From NCBI GenBank assembly GCA_964016885.1, contig OZ024742.1, positions 178,870,001-178,934,000 on the forward strand: a stretch of DNA of 64,000 nt. The letters run 5' to 3'. The translations under genes were made by a program, and so were the position numbers. This document shows, one piece after another, positions 27,886-42,280 of this stretch. Under the pieces are notes generated by a model. That model did not search any database, was not told where the DNA came from, and saw only the letters and a program-made list of their open reading frames with translations. Each line of letters opens with the position of its first letter. The stretch's first letter is position 1. The DNA is from Eledone cirrhosa (lineage: Eukaryota).

Positions 27886-28245
27886 AAGAAAGTGAGGTTT
27901 TTTTTACAAAATGAAAAATAACCGAGGTGTCCTACACGAGTGAAAGTATAAAGAAAAAGAGATGAAATCGAAAATGCAACTGGAGTCTTATTTAAAAAAA
28001 TATATATATATTTATTTGGTTCCTTTACCGGTTTAGCAGTTCTTCTGCTTTTAAAAAGTAGAGTTGAGATGGAGGGTCTGTGGTTTTTCTCACATCAGAT
28101 GTGATATATATATATATATATAAAGAAAAAAAGATGAAATCGAAAATGCAACTGGAGTCTTATTTATATATTTATTTGGTTCCTTTACTGGTTTCGCAGT
28201 TCTTCTGCTTTTCAAAAGTAGAGTAGAGATACAGGGTCTGTGGTT
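27886..28245 (-). mobile_element. Two family E pLTR fragments with U3-A8 hammerhead motifs
   Basis: Reverse complements of 50815-51028; 28181-28218 reads CTT-TTGAAAA-GCAG..CTGC-GAAA-CCAG-TA-AAG. Confidence 0.75.
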
Positions 28246-28295
28246 TTATATATATATATATATTTTTTTTAATATATATATATATATATGTATAT

Positions 28296-28388
<93 letters not shown>

Positions 28389-28898
28389 CGCCCCTATCCG
28401 TCACTAATGACCATGGTTTTGCACTAGGAAAGTTAGTTCCCCTCGGAGGTACAAGTCTAGGCAAGGTTTGTTTGTGGAGCAACGTGAAATGAAGTGTCTA
28501 GCTCAAGGTTACAACGCATCACCTGGTCCGCGAATCGAACTCTTTCTCCGTCTCTCGCTTTCTTTCTCTTTGACACTCCCACTCTCGGTGTAACGGCTAA
28601 TTTGTACAATGTGTTCGGTGCCAGAACACCAGTCAAAGCCTCTTTATACATGTACTTTCCTCTTATATAATATATATATATATATATATGAGAAAAAATG
28701 GGGAGAAGAATACTGCAGGTTGCACATGGATAACATGTTATAAAATGAGTCCCTCATCAGTGATTTGCCAACGATCATAGATATTTCATTGCATTAAAAA
28801 TCATATACCTCACGTTGGTGCAATAATAACTAAATTAAGTTATTAGGACAATTAAAACGCGTAAAGCGAGTGAGACAAGTAAACAACAAAGAGGAAAT

Positions 28899-29003
<105 letters not shown>

Positions 29004-29432
29004 TTTCTGAATTTGTTTAGCAAGATTCTTTATCTGAAATCGTGTGTTGAAACCGATATTGTTATACTTTAGGAGGGTCATGTTGCCAATAAGAAACACA
29101 CGCACCAGTTGTTTTCACTTCAATTTATTATATATTTATAAATTTATAAATTTACAAATCTACAAATTTATAAATTTCTGGTTGGTTGGTTGGTTCCAAA
29201 CTTATAAATTTGTAGATTTGTAAATTTATAAATTTATAAATATATAATAAATTGAAGTGAAAGCAACTGGTGCGTGTGTTTCTTATTGGCAACATGACCC
29301 TCCCAAAGTATAACAATATATATATATATTATACATTATATTAGATGTATAACTAATTTAGTATTGTATATATATATATATAACTTTGATAGCTTTTGGC
29401 CAGTATTGGCCCACGTCATGTCTAACTTAGTA

Positions 29433-29490
<58 letters not shown>

Positions 29491-29667
29491 TATATATATA
29501 TATATGTTTTGCAATTTCTTTTTATATGGAATATAACAATACACACACATACACACACTCTCTTTGGATTTTAGTCTTCAAATTTATTATTATTACTATA
29601 TATATATATATATATATTGTTATACACGATTTCAGATAAAGAATCTTGCTAAACAAATTCAGAAACG

Positions 29668-29725
<58 letters not shown>

Positions 29726-30029
29726 TTTGAAAAATGCAATGATTGAATATGTTTGTGTGTGTGCGCGCGTGCGTGTGTGGTGTATGTGTGTGTGTATGTG
29801 TAAATATATATATATACGTCTATTTGTTGCTATATGTTTGAGGATTATCGTTTAAATCCACGTGGATCAGTGTTCCATTCAAGGATTAAAGCATCTTCAA
29901 CTGAGTTTTCATGTGTGTATGTATGTATGTATGTAACCATGTGTATGTATGTATGTTCTTCTGGTTTTAAAATTTCACAAATTTTTTCCAATAGGGAGAG
30001 AGTCGGTTTCTTACATAGATACAAGACTC

Positions 30030-31342
30030 TCTCATTGGAATTTACACAACATCAACTAGGTAGATATGTCTGCATGTCTGCATGTATAGGTATGGATGTT
30101 ATTGTATGTGTGGATGTATATGTTTTGAGTTATATGTGTGCATTGTATCTGTACATGTGTATTTGCAGTTATTTGATGCAAAATTTTTGGAATGTTTTAC
30201 ATATTTTCACTGTTCCATTAATGGATTGTACTTGTATTGTCTTAACTAGTTGTGTTATTTCTGTTCCTGTGAAGCCCAGCTTCTCAATATTTGTATTGTG
30301 GCAGTTACTAACATATCCCAGTGCCCCAATAATCACAGGCATAAATCTGAAGGTGTAATCAGGGTGGAGTATCTGCAGATTTCTCATTAGTTCTGCATAA
30401 ATATTCTCTTTTTCGCTAATCTTTGATATTATATTGGCATCTGCTGGGCAGCTAACTTCCACTACTGTGCATGCCTTCTTTTCCCTGTCCCATATCATAA
30501 TATCTGGTCTGTTATGCCTGCATTTTATTGGGGTTTTTACTGGAACATTCCACCAGTACTCTTTCATATTATGTATATGTATATCTTCCATATTACTGTA
30601 GCTTTTAATGTGTTTATTATCGGGGCTATCTTTTCTACGGATTGCATTGTACAGTGTTTTTGCCACTACATCATGCCTCATGGGTAGATAGTGCCGCGAT
30701 GACATATCTGGACAGCTGCTTATGACATGGGTGGCATCTTCGAATTTAGTTCTGCAGAGTCTGCACTTGTTATCACATCTAGGTGTTTTACCTGCATCAC
30801 TATCTATTTTGTGAATCAGGTATTTCGTGTTAATCTCCTGTTCTTGGATTGCAAAAGCGTATCCTTCAAAGTGGGAGCCAATATAGCGGTTGTTGGTCCA
30901 GGATAGACTACTTCCTTTATCTATATTACTCTCACTCTGGAGCTTCCTGGCAACATATCTATGCATGATTTTTTGCTGATAAGCATGCAGTTTTTCACCC
31001 ATGGATTCATTGCGATACTGCTGAGCGACTTCCCTGGGCGTGAGTTTTTAATTATCACAGGCAATTTCTTTCGAGGAGTTCCTTTTCAACTTTCATGCAG
31101 ATAGACTTGCTCGAGAGACGGGCACCTACGCTTCGAGGTTCGTAGATGTTGTCGGAGGGATATGATGCGCCATTCAAATGCTGTCTGGACTGATGTTAGG
31201 CCTCTGCCTCCCTGCTTACGTTTCAAGTAAAGACGGTCTGTGTCACTGTTGATGTGGAAGTTTCCAGTGTTGTTTAGTATTTTTCGATTGCTATCAATGG
31301 CTCGGATTTCGTCTATCGTCCAATTGAGTATTCCAAACGTTG
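30030..31342 (-). mobile_element. R4/Dong-type non-LTR retrotransposon, 3' fragment (RT thumb, CCHC knuckle, restriction-like endonuclease)
   Basis: DRLYLKRKQGGRGL, CRLCRTKFEDATHVISSC, RHD, RPDIMIWD...VVEVSCP and K...Y..L motifs. Confidence 0.88.
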
Positions 31343-31425
31343 GAGTTAGGACAGGCACAGCATGTATGTATGTATATATGTATGTATTAATATATTTGTA
31401 TATATTGATAGAAATAAATATGCAA

Positions 31426-31471
<46 letters not shown>

Positions 31472-31842
31472 CACACATCTAGAAACACATTCACATACAT
31501 ACATACACACACAAACACACACACATGCAAACATACAAACATACGTGCGTGTGTCTGGTCGTGTGTTTATTTACTTTTTCACACACATACACACACACAT
31601 GCAACGACTCATCCACATATACACATATACACATATTTCTCTCTCTCTTTCATCATCTTGTTTCTTTTCGTCCTTTTCTTCCTGCTCCCCTTCATCATCA
31701 TCATCATCATCATCATTACTCTATTGAAATACATTACACAGAAATTAACGCCGTATGTCAGAAGCCAAACACTCTGGGATTAAATAAAAGGGACAAACAA
31801 AAAAACAAAAAAAAAACATTTTCAAAAATAAAAGAATAAGTC

Positions 31843-31930
31843 GGCTTGTCTCGCATGGGGATCCAGCCGGATCAATTGGGGGATGTTGCTTCTGACAGGA
31901 CCCGCTGGAGGGCGTTGTGCAAGACGCTGC
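31843..31930 (+). mobile_element. Short RTE-like 3' end fragment
   Basis: Translates GIQPDQLGDVASDRTRWRALC, like RTE C-termini (A.DR..WR). Confidence 0.5.
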
Positions 31931-32064
31931 CCCCACAACCCTTCCAGGAATTGTTTGATAAAAACAAGAACAAAAACAAGAAGAAGAAGAAGAAGAAGAA
32001 GAAGAATCGTAAACGTAATGATATATATATATATATCGTCTCCCTCAATCTCTCTCTCTCCCTT

Positions 32065-32147
<83 letters not shown>

Positions 32148-32430
32148 ATTTATATATATACAGTAAATGGGTAAACAATAATTCTGAAGATTTGGTCGGG
32201 TATCAAGTGTAATTAAAATTGATTAACGTAGCATCCATATTAATCTTCTCTCATTTACTATTATTACTCCAAGGAACTGCTTACCTAGGAACTGTCTTGA
32301 ATCGGCCAGCCAAACACCACAACTAAGGAAACTTCTTGTTGAGTCAAACAACACCGAACGTTAAAAACTATCCTCGACACAGAGTACTGATATCCTCTAG
32401 TTGGATTGCCTTAAACGATACCTCATAGAC

Positions 32431-32515
<85 letters not shown>

Positions 32516-32659
32516 CAACCCACCGAATCTCATGAGGCGGTGTTCAATAATATTCATCCCACGTATCTAAGTTATCCATCTTTAAATCAAGGGAAAATTC
32601 TATTAGATAATGTATTCGTTCACACTCTTAGAAGATTTTGAGCCTGGATCTAGAAGTCT

Positions 32660-33235
32660 ATTTCATTGGAATTTAGACAACAGCAACTAGGTAAATACAT
32701 ATGTATGTCTGTATGTGTTTGTGAGTGAGTGTGTATGTGTGCGTGTGTGTGTGCAGGTATGGATGTTATGTGTGTAGATCTGGATGTTTTGAGTTACATG
32801 TGTATACATGTATATGTATATGTTACACTCTCTAAACATGTTTCTATGCAGTTATTACATGCAACATTTCTGAAATGTTTTACATATGTTTATAGTTCTA
32901 TCAATGGACTGTATTTGCATCTTCCTAACTAGCCGTACACTTTCTTGTTCTAAGAAGCCCAGCTTCTCAAAATTTGTACTAAGACAGTTAGTAACGCATC
33001 CAAGAGCCACAGTGATCGCAGGTACAAATCTAAAGGTATAGTCAGGGTGGAGTAGCTACAGATTCCACATTCGTTCAGCATAAGTGTTCTCCTTTTCACT
33101 GACCCTTAGCATTATATTGACATCTGCTGGGCAGCTGACTTCTACTATTTTGCATGCCTTCTTTTCTCTGTCCCATATCACTATGTCTGGTTTTTGTATT
33201 TGCATTTTATTGGGATTTTGAGTGGAACATTCTAC
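32660..33235 (-). mobile_element. Second decayed R4/Dong RLE fragment
   Basis: KPDIVIWDREKKACKIVEVSCPADVNI; collinear with 30030-30550. Confidence 0.85.
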
Positions 33236-35039
33236 AAAAAAGATTTTTATTCTTGTATCCTTCATATTTATCGAGCAGACAAGGGGTTTAATGACAGAAT
33301 AAATAGTATCACAGAGAGACTGCCTCCTTGAAATATACCCCTGCGATATTCTATTTTATAAATGGAAATAATTCTTCTACTCTGTATTTAACTTTAGGAT
33401 AGTAGCCCAAGAAGAAGATAGGCTCTCTATAGCTCTGATAATCGTGTCTGGGACTTGAGCAAGCCGGACAACCTCTATCATCCAAGAGTGGGGAACAAAA
33501 TCGAATGCTTTCCTGTAGTCCAGCCAGGCTGTAACCATGTTTCTCCTATGTCATCGCAACACGGACATCACAGTTTTGTTAATTAGGGGTTGTTCAACAC
33601 ACTCCAAACTCCTTTCTTCTCAGCTACTTACTTATCTGTGATGATACTATTGTCACAATGATCTTAGAGAAATAAGTTCAGGCAGGATGTATACATTTTA
33701 TACATTATTTTTTGGCAATACGTTGGTAGTTTATTTGCCAAATGGGTGTCTTTGTTCTTCAGGACAAATAATTTTCTGCTAATGTCAACCACCCTCGTAT
33801 ATGCGCATCTCCTTTGAAGCTTTCTGGTAGAGATTGATAATATAGAAAGTAAATTTATTGTATTCACAGCCGATAATGAAGTCTCTTGCTGGTACTTTCT
33901 TATCTTGGAGTTTTCATTGATGCTGTATGTTTTGTTGTAATGCATGGGCAATAGTTCGTTAGGATAATTTTCAACCACATTACATATAGCTTGAATTTCA
34001 TTTCCCCACCCCATATTTTTCTCCAGAAGGAATCTTTATCTTTCTGGGATGGATCCACAGTGGCATTTATTATTTGACCTTCAAATCTCTATAGACTGAT
34101 GTTTGGTTTCGCGGGATCTTTTATTAATTATTTTGCTTTCAGTCACCCTCTTATAGATTTTCTCATTAACAGCTCCCAATTCTTGTTTGAGTGAACAACT
34201 TTCATTGAAGCGTTCTGGTTGTACTGTCTCCAAGTATCATTTCTATTTTAATTTTCACTCTTTGTTTGTTGAGGAGTGTATTTTTGTTATTGTTTTCGTG
34301 TTGTTTTTGTGTTGTTTTTGTTTGCATGTGAAGACCATTGTCACATAGACCATTGTCCGATAGTTTTCCGTAGGTCAGCAATTTATTTTTCTATTTTTGT
34401 AATATTCATGGTGTTTTGTGGTGTTTTGTTTCTGTTAGCATCTCTATTATCACCAAGATAATGTTTCACTGTCGTTGCCCGAGCATATAGAAAGATGTTG
34501 AATTGCCAAAATTTCAATTTCGTCAATAGCACGCAGAATTTCATTATTTGGTTTCTTATTTAATATTGTTGTTTTATGAGGTTCTGCCAGAGATATATTT
34601 AAATACGAATTAATTTCTCTATGGAAAGTTTTGCTGAGGATATATTTTGGTTGTTTATGCCCTTAACGTTGCTAATGGCAGATGTATTATCATTGACAGT
34701 GTTTTGATGTTGATGATGAAAAGGTAAAATCAATTGATACATGTGGTGTTAAATTCCTAAATGGTTTGCTGATTCAAAGGACTGTTTGAGTATTCCTGCT
34801 AATATCAACAAAGGTTTAAGAAGAAGAATATGGCGAAAGGGAGAAAAAAATCAAATCAACTGGGACTAATCCTAGAGTTTCTCGACGAAAATTCCAAATC
34901 ATGGAAAGCAAGCAAGGAAGACATTTTTATAGACAAGGTTGATCCAAGATTTTGGAACAATATAAAGACAATGCAGTATATATATATATAAATGCATACA
35001 CACACACATATAATTTAAACTCCCACTGCATATATATAT

Positions 35040-35228
35040 ATAACATATATAGTAATAAAAATAAATGCGAAGACTAAAATCCAAAGAGGGCTCGATAAGG
35101 AAAAATATATATAAAATATATAAGAACAATAGACCAAATATTTATTAAAATTTCACGCTTAACGGGATCTTCTGAAGATCCCGTTAAGGGTGAAAGCACC
35201 GATTCTTTACTTAAACTTTAATCTGTTA

Positions 35229-35236
<8 letters not shown>
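35040..35236. mobile_element. Family F inverted mini-element with hammerhead core at 35172-35216 (+)
   Basis: CTGAAGA-T-CCC gttaa GGG-T-GAAA-GCA..-TT-AAAC; copies at 51385-51540 and 58735-58870. Confidence 0.7.
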
Positions 35237-35292
<56 letters not shown>

Positions 35293-35310
35293 GACAGAAA
35301 GATGGAAAAT

Positions 35311-35342
<32 letters not shown>

Positions 35343-35965
35343 CAGACAGATAGATATGTCAGAGCTGGTTTCTGCACTTTTTGTAAACAAATTAACGACA
35401 AATAGATATCAATATGGAGCCGATATGATCAATTAAATTCCGTGAAGATGATGCTCTAGCATGGCCACAGACTAATGAGTGAAACAAATAAAAGAATAGA
35501 GATTATAGAATCTAGTCATGACATATATAACACAAAACCATCTTTAATGATAGCAGCCCTCAATATATGTTTTAATGTTTTCTAACGTGTTTAGTTTTTA
35601 CTATAATTACGAATAAATGGTCCCCACTGAAATACCCTTCTCTCTCTCTGTGTCTCCTGTGATCCCCCTCCTCCCTCTCACTCTGTCTCCTGTGTCTCCC
35701 TCTCCCCCTCTCTCTCTTTTCTGTCTCTGTTGTACATAAAATGATAGGAGTTGGAGGGAAGTGGGGAACAAGGAAGTAATTATCTTTGTATGAAGTATTA
35801 AGTGATTTCTCATGACATATATATTCCATTTGTGCTTAGAATGACATGTCGCTAGATTATTCACACCATTGTAAGGAATCGATATATCACGTACAAATGA
35901 ACACACTAACACGGATACACTCATATCTATATCTATATCTATCAATCTATCTACCCCCCCCCTCG

Positions 35966-36028
<63 letters not shown>

Positions 36029-36036
36029 ATAATAAT

Positions 36037-36221
36037 TGTTTCTACTTTTGGCACAAGGCCAGCAATTACCCAGTACATTACTGGTACTTTATTTTATCGA
36101 CCCCGTAAGGATGAAAGGCAAAGTGAACCTCGGCGGGATTTGAACTCAGACCGTAAAGGGACGTAACTATGCTGGAAAGCACGGCGTCCGACTCTCTACC
36201 GATACTGCCAATCCACCACCC
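36037..36221 (-). mobile_element. tRNA-derived SINE
   Basis: Same family core and A/B boxes. Confidence 0.85.
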
Positions 36222-36235
36222 TATATATATATATA

Positions 36236-36829
36236 TTATAATAAAAGATCGGAAGCCATATTCAGTTGATTCAGGTTTATTTAAAACTACGTTATACATA
36301 TTTCACTGAGGACTATCAGTTAAGACAGCCTGAGCTCTTCAGACGGCACAACCTAAAATAAACATTGAAAGTTCCTAATAAATCTTTAAATTTGCAGGGG
36401 CTGGCCGTCGAAGAAACAACATCACACGTTCGGCCGGCCCCCTGTATCAAGAAAATCAAATCTTTTTCGGGGAAATTATTGGATTTTTCCAAATTTATTG
36501 GTTTATTAGAAACTTTCAATGTTTACTTTAGGTTTTGCCGTCCGGAGAGCTCAGACTATCTTAACTTATAGTCGTCAGTGAAATATGTATAACGGAGTTT
36601 TAAATAAACCTGAATCAACTGAATATGGCTTCCGATCTTTTATTAATATATAATGCTCCATCTTATACCATTTATACAGGTCATTGAGCGCTTCTTTTTA
36701 TCTGCTTCACAACCGACAGACCATAATGTGATCCGCACATCCCTATTCTGTTAACCCAATACTCTAATATGAGGTTACATAAATACAATCGATTTATCAT
36801 GAAGCACTAATCCTCGTCTTTTGTTTTCA

Positions 36830-36830
<1 letters not shown>
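36236..36830. mobile_element. Inverted mini-element with hammerheads (36289-36346 -, 36538-36595 + mutated)
   Basis: CCGT-CTGAAGA-GCT...AGT-GAAA-TATGTA-TA-ACG(G); arms about 36240-36390 / 36490-36645; tail GCTC...GAGCGCT. Confidence 0.82.
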
Positions 36831-36900
<70 letters not shown>

Positions 36901-37006
36901 AGTATTGAAGTTTCCGTTGAAAATTGAAAAAGTCACAGGAGTGAAGAGTGCTCTATGTAAGTTACAGAGCTAAATTTAATGTATTATAAGCAATACAATA
37001 TAATTA

Positions 37007-37074
37007 CCTCATTACCAGAGGTTTCCCGAATAAGACGGATACAAGAAACGTCCGCATTCGTTCGTCAGACAAGG
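37007..37074 (-). ncRNA. Hammerhead ribozyme motif (family G)
   Basis: CCTTGT-CTGACGA-A-CGAAT...ATTCG-G-GAAA-CC tct GG-TA-ATGAGG. Confidence 0.8.
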
Positions 37075-37102
37075 CAATTTACATATATATATATACATAT
37101 AT

Positions 37103-37216
<114 letters not shown>

Positions 37217-37344
37217 CTCTGTAGCTTGATAAGGATGCACAACGAAATCTGATGTGATGAAAGCCTAGTACAAAAACAAAAATTCTCCCTGGAATTATTA
37301 CCGACGTTATTGGCCCTACCTTAGACGAGTAGATACCAGTATAT

Positions 37345-37404
<60 letters not shown>

Positions 37405-37405
<1 letters not shown>

Positions 37406-37882
37406 AGCAGGAGGGATGATATTTAATTTGTTGGAAATTCAACAAATATAAATGTTTATAACTGATTCAGAGCACTCGACAAGTTTTTCTGGAATAAATA
37501 TTCAATGATATTAAATAAATGGAAACTATATTTATAAAACCATATTTATTCTATTATATATATTTCAAGGGTACCAAAAACTTTGGTACGCTTTCATCAG
37601 ATAAAATACAAAGTGTGTTTTATAAATACAAAGTGTGTTTTATAAATTTTGTATAGGAACTATTGAAGGAATATTCAACTGATAAGGTATGTTCCTTGGC
37701 TATGTCAAAACTTATAAAACACACTTTGTATTTATAAAACCACACACTTTGTATTTATAAAACCACACACTTTGTATTTTATCTGATGAAAGCGTACCAA
37801 AGTTTTTGGTACCCTTGAAATATATATAATAGAATAAATATGGTTTTATTAATATAGTTTCCATTTATTTAATATCATTGAT
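37405..37882. mobile_element. Family B-like inverted mini-element with two intact hammerheads (37547-37608 -, 37775-37836 +)
   Basis: TATTTTAT-CTGATGA-AAG.GTACCAAA/TTTGGTAC.CTT-GAAA-TATATA-TA-ATAGAATA in both arms. Confidence 0.9.
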
Positions 37883-37986
37883 TATATATATATAGATATA
37901 TACACACACACATATATATATATAGTACTAGAAACTGGAAAGACCGACGAAAACATTGTTTCCTCGGTGCGATTTGACGAAAGTCG

Positions 37987-38021
<35 letters not shown>

Positions 38022-40940
38022 AATACTCTACAACTAAACTAATTAGAAATTAATTGGAGCGACGATGAATGTCCATCTGTATCAATCTTACTGGTCTCCT
38101 GGGACCTAAGAAGGCCATCACTACATACCCTTCTAAAGTATTCCTTTCCTTTAAGCTGTAAATCCACGTGTAATCCTAGGGACACCGTTATTTATTGGGC
38201 ATTTCTTTACAAACCTGACGGAACCCATATCCACTCCAGATCTGAACACAGTTGATTTCTCCCAGAGAATGGAAGAGTTTGATAGAAAAGAAGTAAGAAA
38301 AGCTATAGAGGAAGAATCTACCCCACTACTAGACTAGTACATTTTTATCGACCTCACATGGATGAAAGGCAAAGTTGACATAGGTAGGATTTTAAGGCAG
38401 GGAGGAGAGAACCAGATCGAATAACACAAACCACTCTATCTGACGTTCTAACGACTCTGCCAATTCGCAACCTCTTCTAAGCTATATTAATATAAATATG
38501 AATAGACCTCCAATATATCAATATGAAGAGAATGGGTGTATATTTATTTGACTGTAATGTTACGGGATATCTAAATGTTTCTGCGACCACCCTCTTCTTC
38601 AGTCATTGCAGAGCGTATCTTTTTTTTTGCCTTATTTGGCTAGTTTCGTTTGTCTGTGAAGAAACATGCCGAAGAGTAAGGTTTAAATAACCAGTTAAAC
38701 TCTTTCTGGTGCTTTGACGGAAAGCACATATGCTGCCAAAGAGATGTGGCATAGCCCTGCGGAGCTCCACCTGATTAACGGACGTGAAGTACCATGGAGT
38801 CGGGGGTGGGGTGAATGGGTAAAGGGGTTGTGAAGCGGATGAAGTGATTTGTAGTGAAATACAATTAACTAAAATCGAATAATTTCCAACAGCTTTAAAC
38901 CTCAGATTATTTGGAGGTCAGATTCATTAAAAATACACGAAAAAGAAAACAACAAAAAAAAAATCTAGGAAAATTTTCGTTTAAAAAAAACAAACATCAT
39001 TTCCGATTGATTTAGAGTCAGATTCGTTTAAAACGTGAAAAACTTCGGAACAAATAAAATTTACCACCGAAGGGGAGAGGGAACTTATGTAAATTTACCG
39101 AAACTAGGCGTATGGTCAGTATAGAATGAATACGAGACTACGAATAGTTGTGATTTTGATGTCACCGAAGACAATAATTTCAAAAAGTTTTGACGTGAAA
39201 TAGATGTCCTCGAAACATGAGGGATATAGCCGAAGAGTTGTTGATGGAGGAAGGAGTTCGGAGATCCGTTGATGTATTGGAGGATTGAGGTTGCTTATGA
39301 TTTTGTGTCAGAGTAACAGGAATTCACACTGGGCTCTATATTTAGCTTCCAATTTTCCTGGACTCAAAATATAGATACAGTATCTGAAATAATACACTTA
39401 TCATAATTGACTGTGGTCTGCTCAAGTGTAGGTCGCCATGAGCACCAAAGCGTTGGAGTTTTGACCAGGAATCTCAAACAAGGGGCCCACAAACTTCTTT
39501 TCTATGGCCTGTGGCTGAACAATTTTCAGGGGACATTAATTTTGTTTTCCCTGTTTTAATAATGTTTATATTCCAATTTATTGCAATTTATCCAAAAAAT
39601 ACAATGAAATAAAAAAAAAAAAAAAAAAAAGAAAATGTAAAGATGGGAATTTACCTAAAGTAAAAACGGAATTAAGGAAATTTTGAACAGTAAATTTGTT
39701 CCCCTATATTTTTTAATTAACATATCTCACTTAGTATCATATGTATATTTATTTTGATGAACAAAAAAACCCCCTAAAAACAAAAACAAATAGACAAAAA
39801 TAGCAGCCTATCAGCTGTATTGCAGATTAGCAGTATAAATGGTGGAAATCACGCCCCTCCCTTCATCTCACTTTTCCTCCGTTGTGCTTTTTTCCCAGGA
39901 CGTTATGGTCCATTTTGATTCATTGAATTTGAGGCCGCTGCTCAAGCCGATCGCTAATTTTGCTTAAATAGTAGCTAAATTACCCCAATATCATGCTCTA
40001 TTTTAAAATGAATGTCACATTAGACATAGGATAATATTGTGTTAGATGTTCCTTGTATACACGAAAAATGATGGGAAATACATTTGATTATTGGTCTGAT
40101 GTGCTGAGGCTAAACAACAACATTTTGCAGTCATTTATTTAAACTGTGATGAGGGCAGTAAATTGACAACATCGTCAGAGGTGTTAGAAAATATGCCGTG
40201 TGGTAATTAATCCTTTCATTCCGCATTCAAATTGATTGGGATTAACTTTACCTTTTAGCTTACCAGAGTCGATATATTCAGACCTGTATACTTTCCCTGT
40301 CCGACGGGGAGATCTCCCACCCACTTTGGGGTGGATGAGAGATGTCATCTCTTATGAAAATGGGTATAGCTTTCATTATGTAAAATCTCCCCATTTCGCC
40401 TCATTTCTCTTCGTTTTGGGGCACTTTTTTTCATGTTACTCCCCGTTTGGGTTTTTAGAGGTTGGCAGGTCTGATATATTGTACCTGTCACGTAACGATT
40501 TCCATATTATCGACTGTTCTTTTCCCTTAGTTTTCTGGCCTTGTGCTTATGTACGATTTTACTTCAGCTGTCGTGGATAAAACGGAGGATTTTTAAACAG
40601 TGAAACTTATTAGCTTGCTTCAGATTTGACTGCCAGCAGATTCTTGTTCTGCAGTAAAAGGCTATCAGAAAACACTTTAACGGATACATTTTTTATATTC
40701 TCGTCCTTCTTCCAGGCAATATATCCATTTGATAAAAATACAAAATGTTTAATCAAATCAGCAAAACAAACAATAAAGTTTCATCTAGAATGAGTAGTAT
40801 ATTAAGCTATCACTGCTACGTTTTCATTGTAATGAATCTGTTTAATATTTGGTGTATATATGAGATCAATAGCCCAGATTAAGTACTGACATCCAACACT
40901 TGCTAGCACAATAAACGGGAAACGGTCGTTAAATGATAAT

Positions 40941-41123
40941 TTTTTCTACATTTGGCACAAGGCCAGCAATTATCCCAGTGCATAACTGGTACTTTATTTT
41001 ATCGATCCCGTAAGGATGAAAGACAAAGTTAACCTAGGCGGGATTTGAACTCAGATCATAAAGGGCCGTAACTCTATGCTGCAAAGCATTGTGTTTGACC
41101 TTCTACCGATACTGCAAACCCAC
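40941..41123 (-). mobile_element. tRNA-derived SINE
   Basis: Same family core. Confidence 0.85.
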
Positions 41124-41141
41124 TATGATAATGATGATGAT

Positions 41142-41177
<36 letters not shown>

Positions 41178-41187
41178 GTATATATAT

Positions 41188-41434
41188 ACTGAAGTAAAAG
41201 TTAAGTGGAAATATCTAAGAGTAAGAGCACTCAGTCCATAGGGCGAGTTTAGTGTTAATAATTGCAACAGTGATATAAACAAGTACTCAAGTTTCGTTGG
41301 GTTCTGGGCCCCAATTCCTTTAGCCTGTGATGAGAAAAAGATTTTTCTCATGACAGGCTGAAGGAAATGGGCCCCAGAACCCAACGAAACCTAATGAAAC
41401 TTGAGTACCTGTTTATATCATTGTTGTAATTATT
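41188..41434. mobile_element. Inverted mini-element with hammerhead-like motif (41353-41412 +)
   Basis: ACAGG-CTGAAGGA-A.TGGG..CCCAAC-GAAA..CTTGAG-TA-CCTGT; mirror arm 41258-41338; tail ACTC...GAGTGCT on the minus strand. Confidence 0.65.
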
Positions 41435-42280
41435 TATGTGTATATATATATACTGTATATATATATGTGTGTGTATATATGTATATATATCTGTGTATAT
41501 ATATATACTGTATATATATATGTGTGTGTATATATATTGGTCGGGTCGTTGGCGACTAAACTGGCAACCCCACCAAGGTTTCTTGGTGAGGAGGGTGACT
41601 TTGGACATCCTGCAGGACTAAAAACAAAACCTGTCAAAGGGCAAAGGAGCTCTTAAGAGTCAATGGCCATCCAAAATCACTGGGAGAGATGACCCCTTAG
41701 CCTTTGTCAAGGCAGAATTCTAGGAGAAGGAAAACTCTGATATAACACCTGCAACCCTGATGGTATCCAATGATGTTGACTTGTCCTTCTTTTTGGTAAA
41801 TATCATCTTGGTTAAGAGAGTGGGACTGGCTTTGTGCAGTGCCTTTGCTCACTATAAAAGCTTCACGGCACAGGCATTGCTTTATATCTGGAGATCTCTC
41901 TGCACTTGCCGTCACATGGTACCATGGGCCCAGCACTATGTGTCAATAATTGTCACAAGTGTAGTGTTTGTACCAGAGTTTTCAAGTCGCTGGCTGGACT
42001 AAAAAGTCACACTCGTTCAGCGCATCGGTAGGGGTTCTCCTACATGGATATAAAGTAGTGGCCGTACTCGAAAACGAGTTGGCAGCCACCATATATATAT
42101 AATCTATCTTACGGACGATCTGTCGATTTTGAGAATGTAAGCAAAATACTTGTCTTTCCTTTTACCCATAAAGTCGACTCAATAAGCAGAGTTTTAAACT
42201 CCTATTTATGCCAGTCTAGAATTCAAATTCTCCGTTTTTCTCTCGGATTTTCAATTGATATTTTACATATTTTTAATAAT

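Noticed and set aside
34600-34742. Minus-strand short ORF with LSIEKLI as gsc exon 1
   Set aside because: Ends in a stop; lies in a region that looks like the decayed 5' part of the R4/Dong element.
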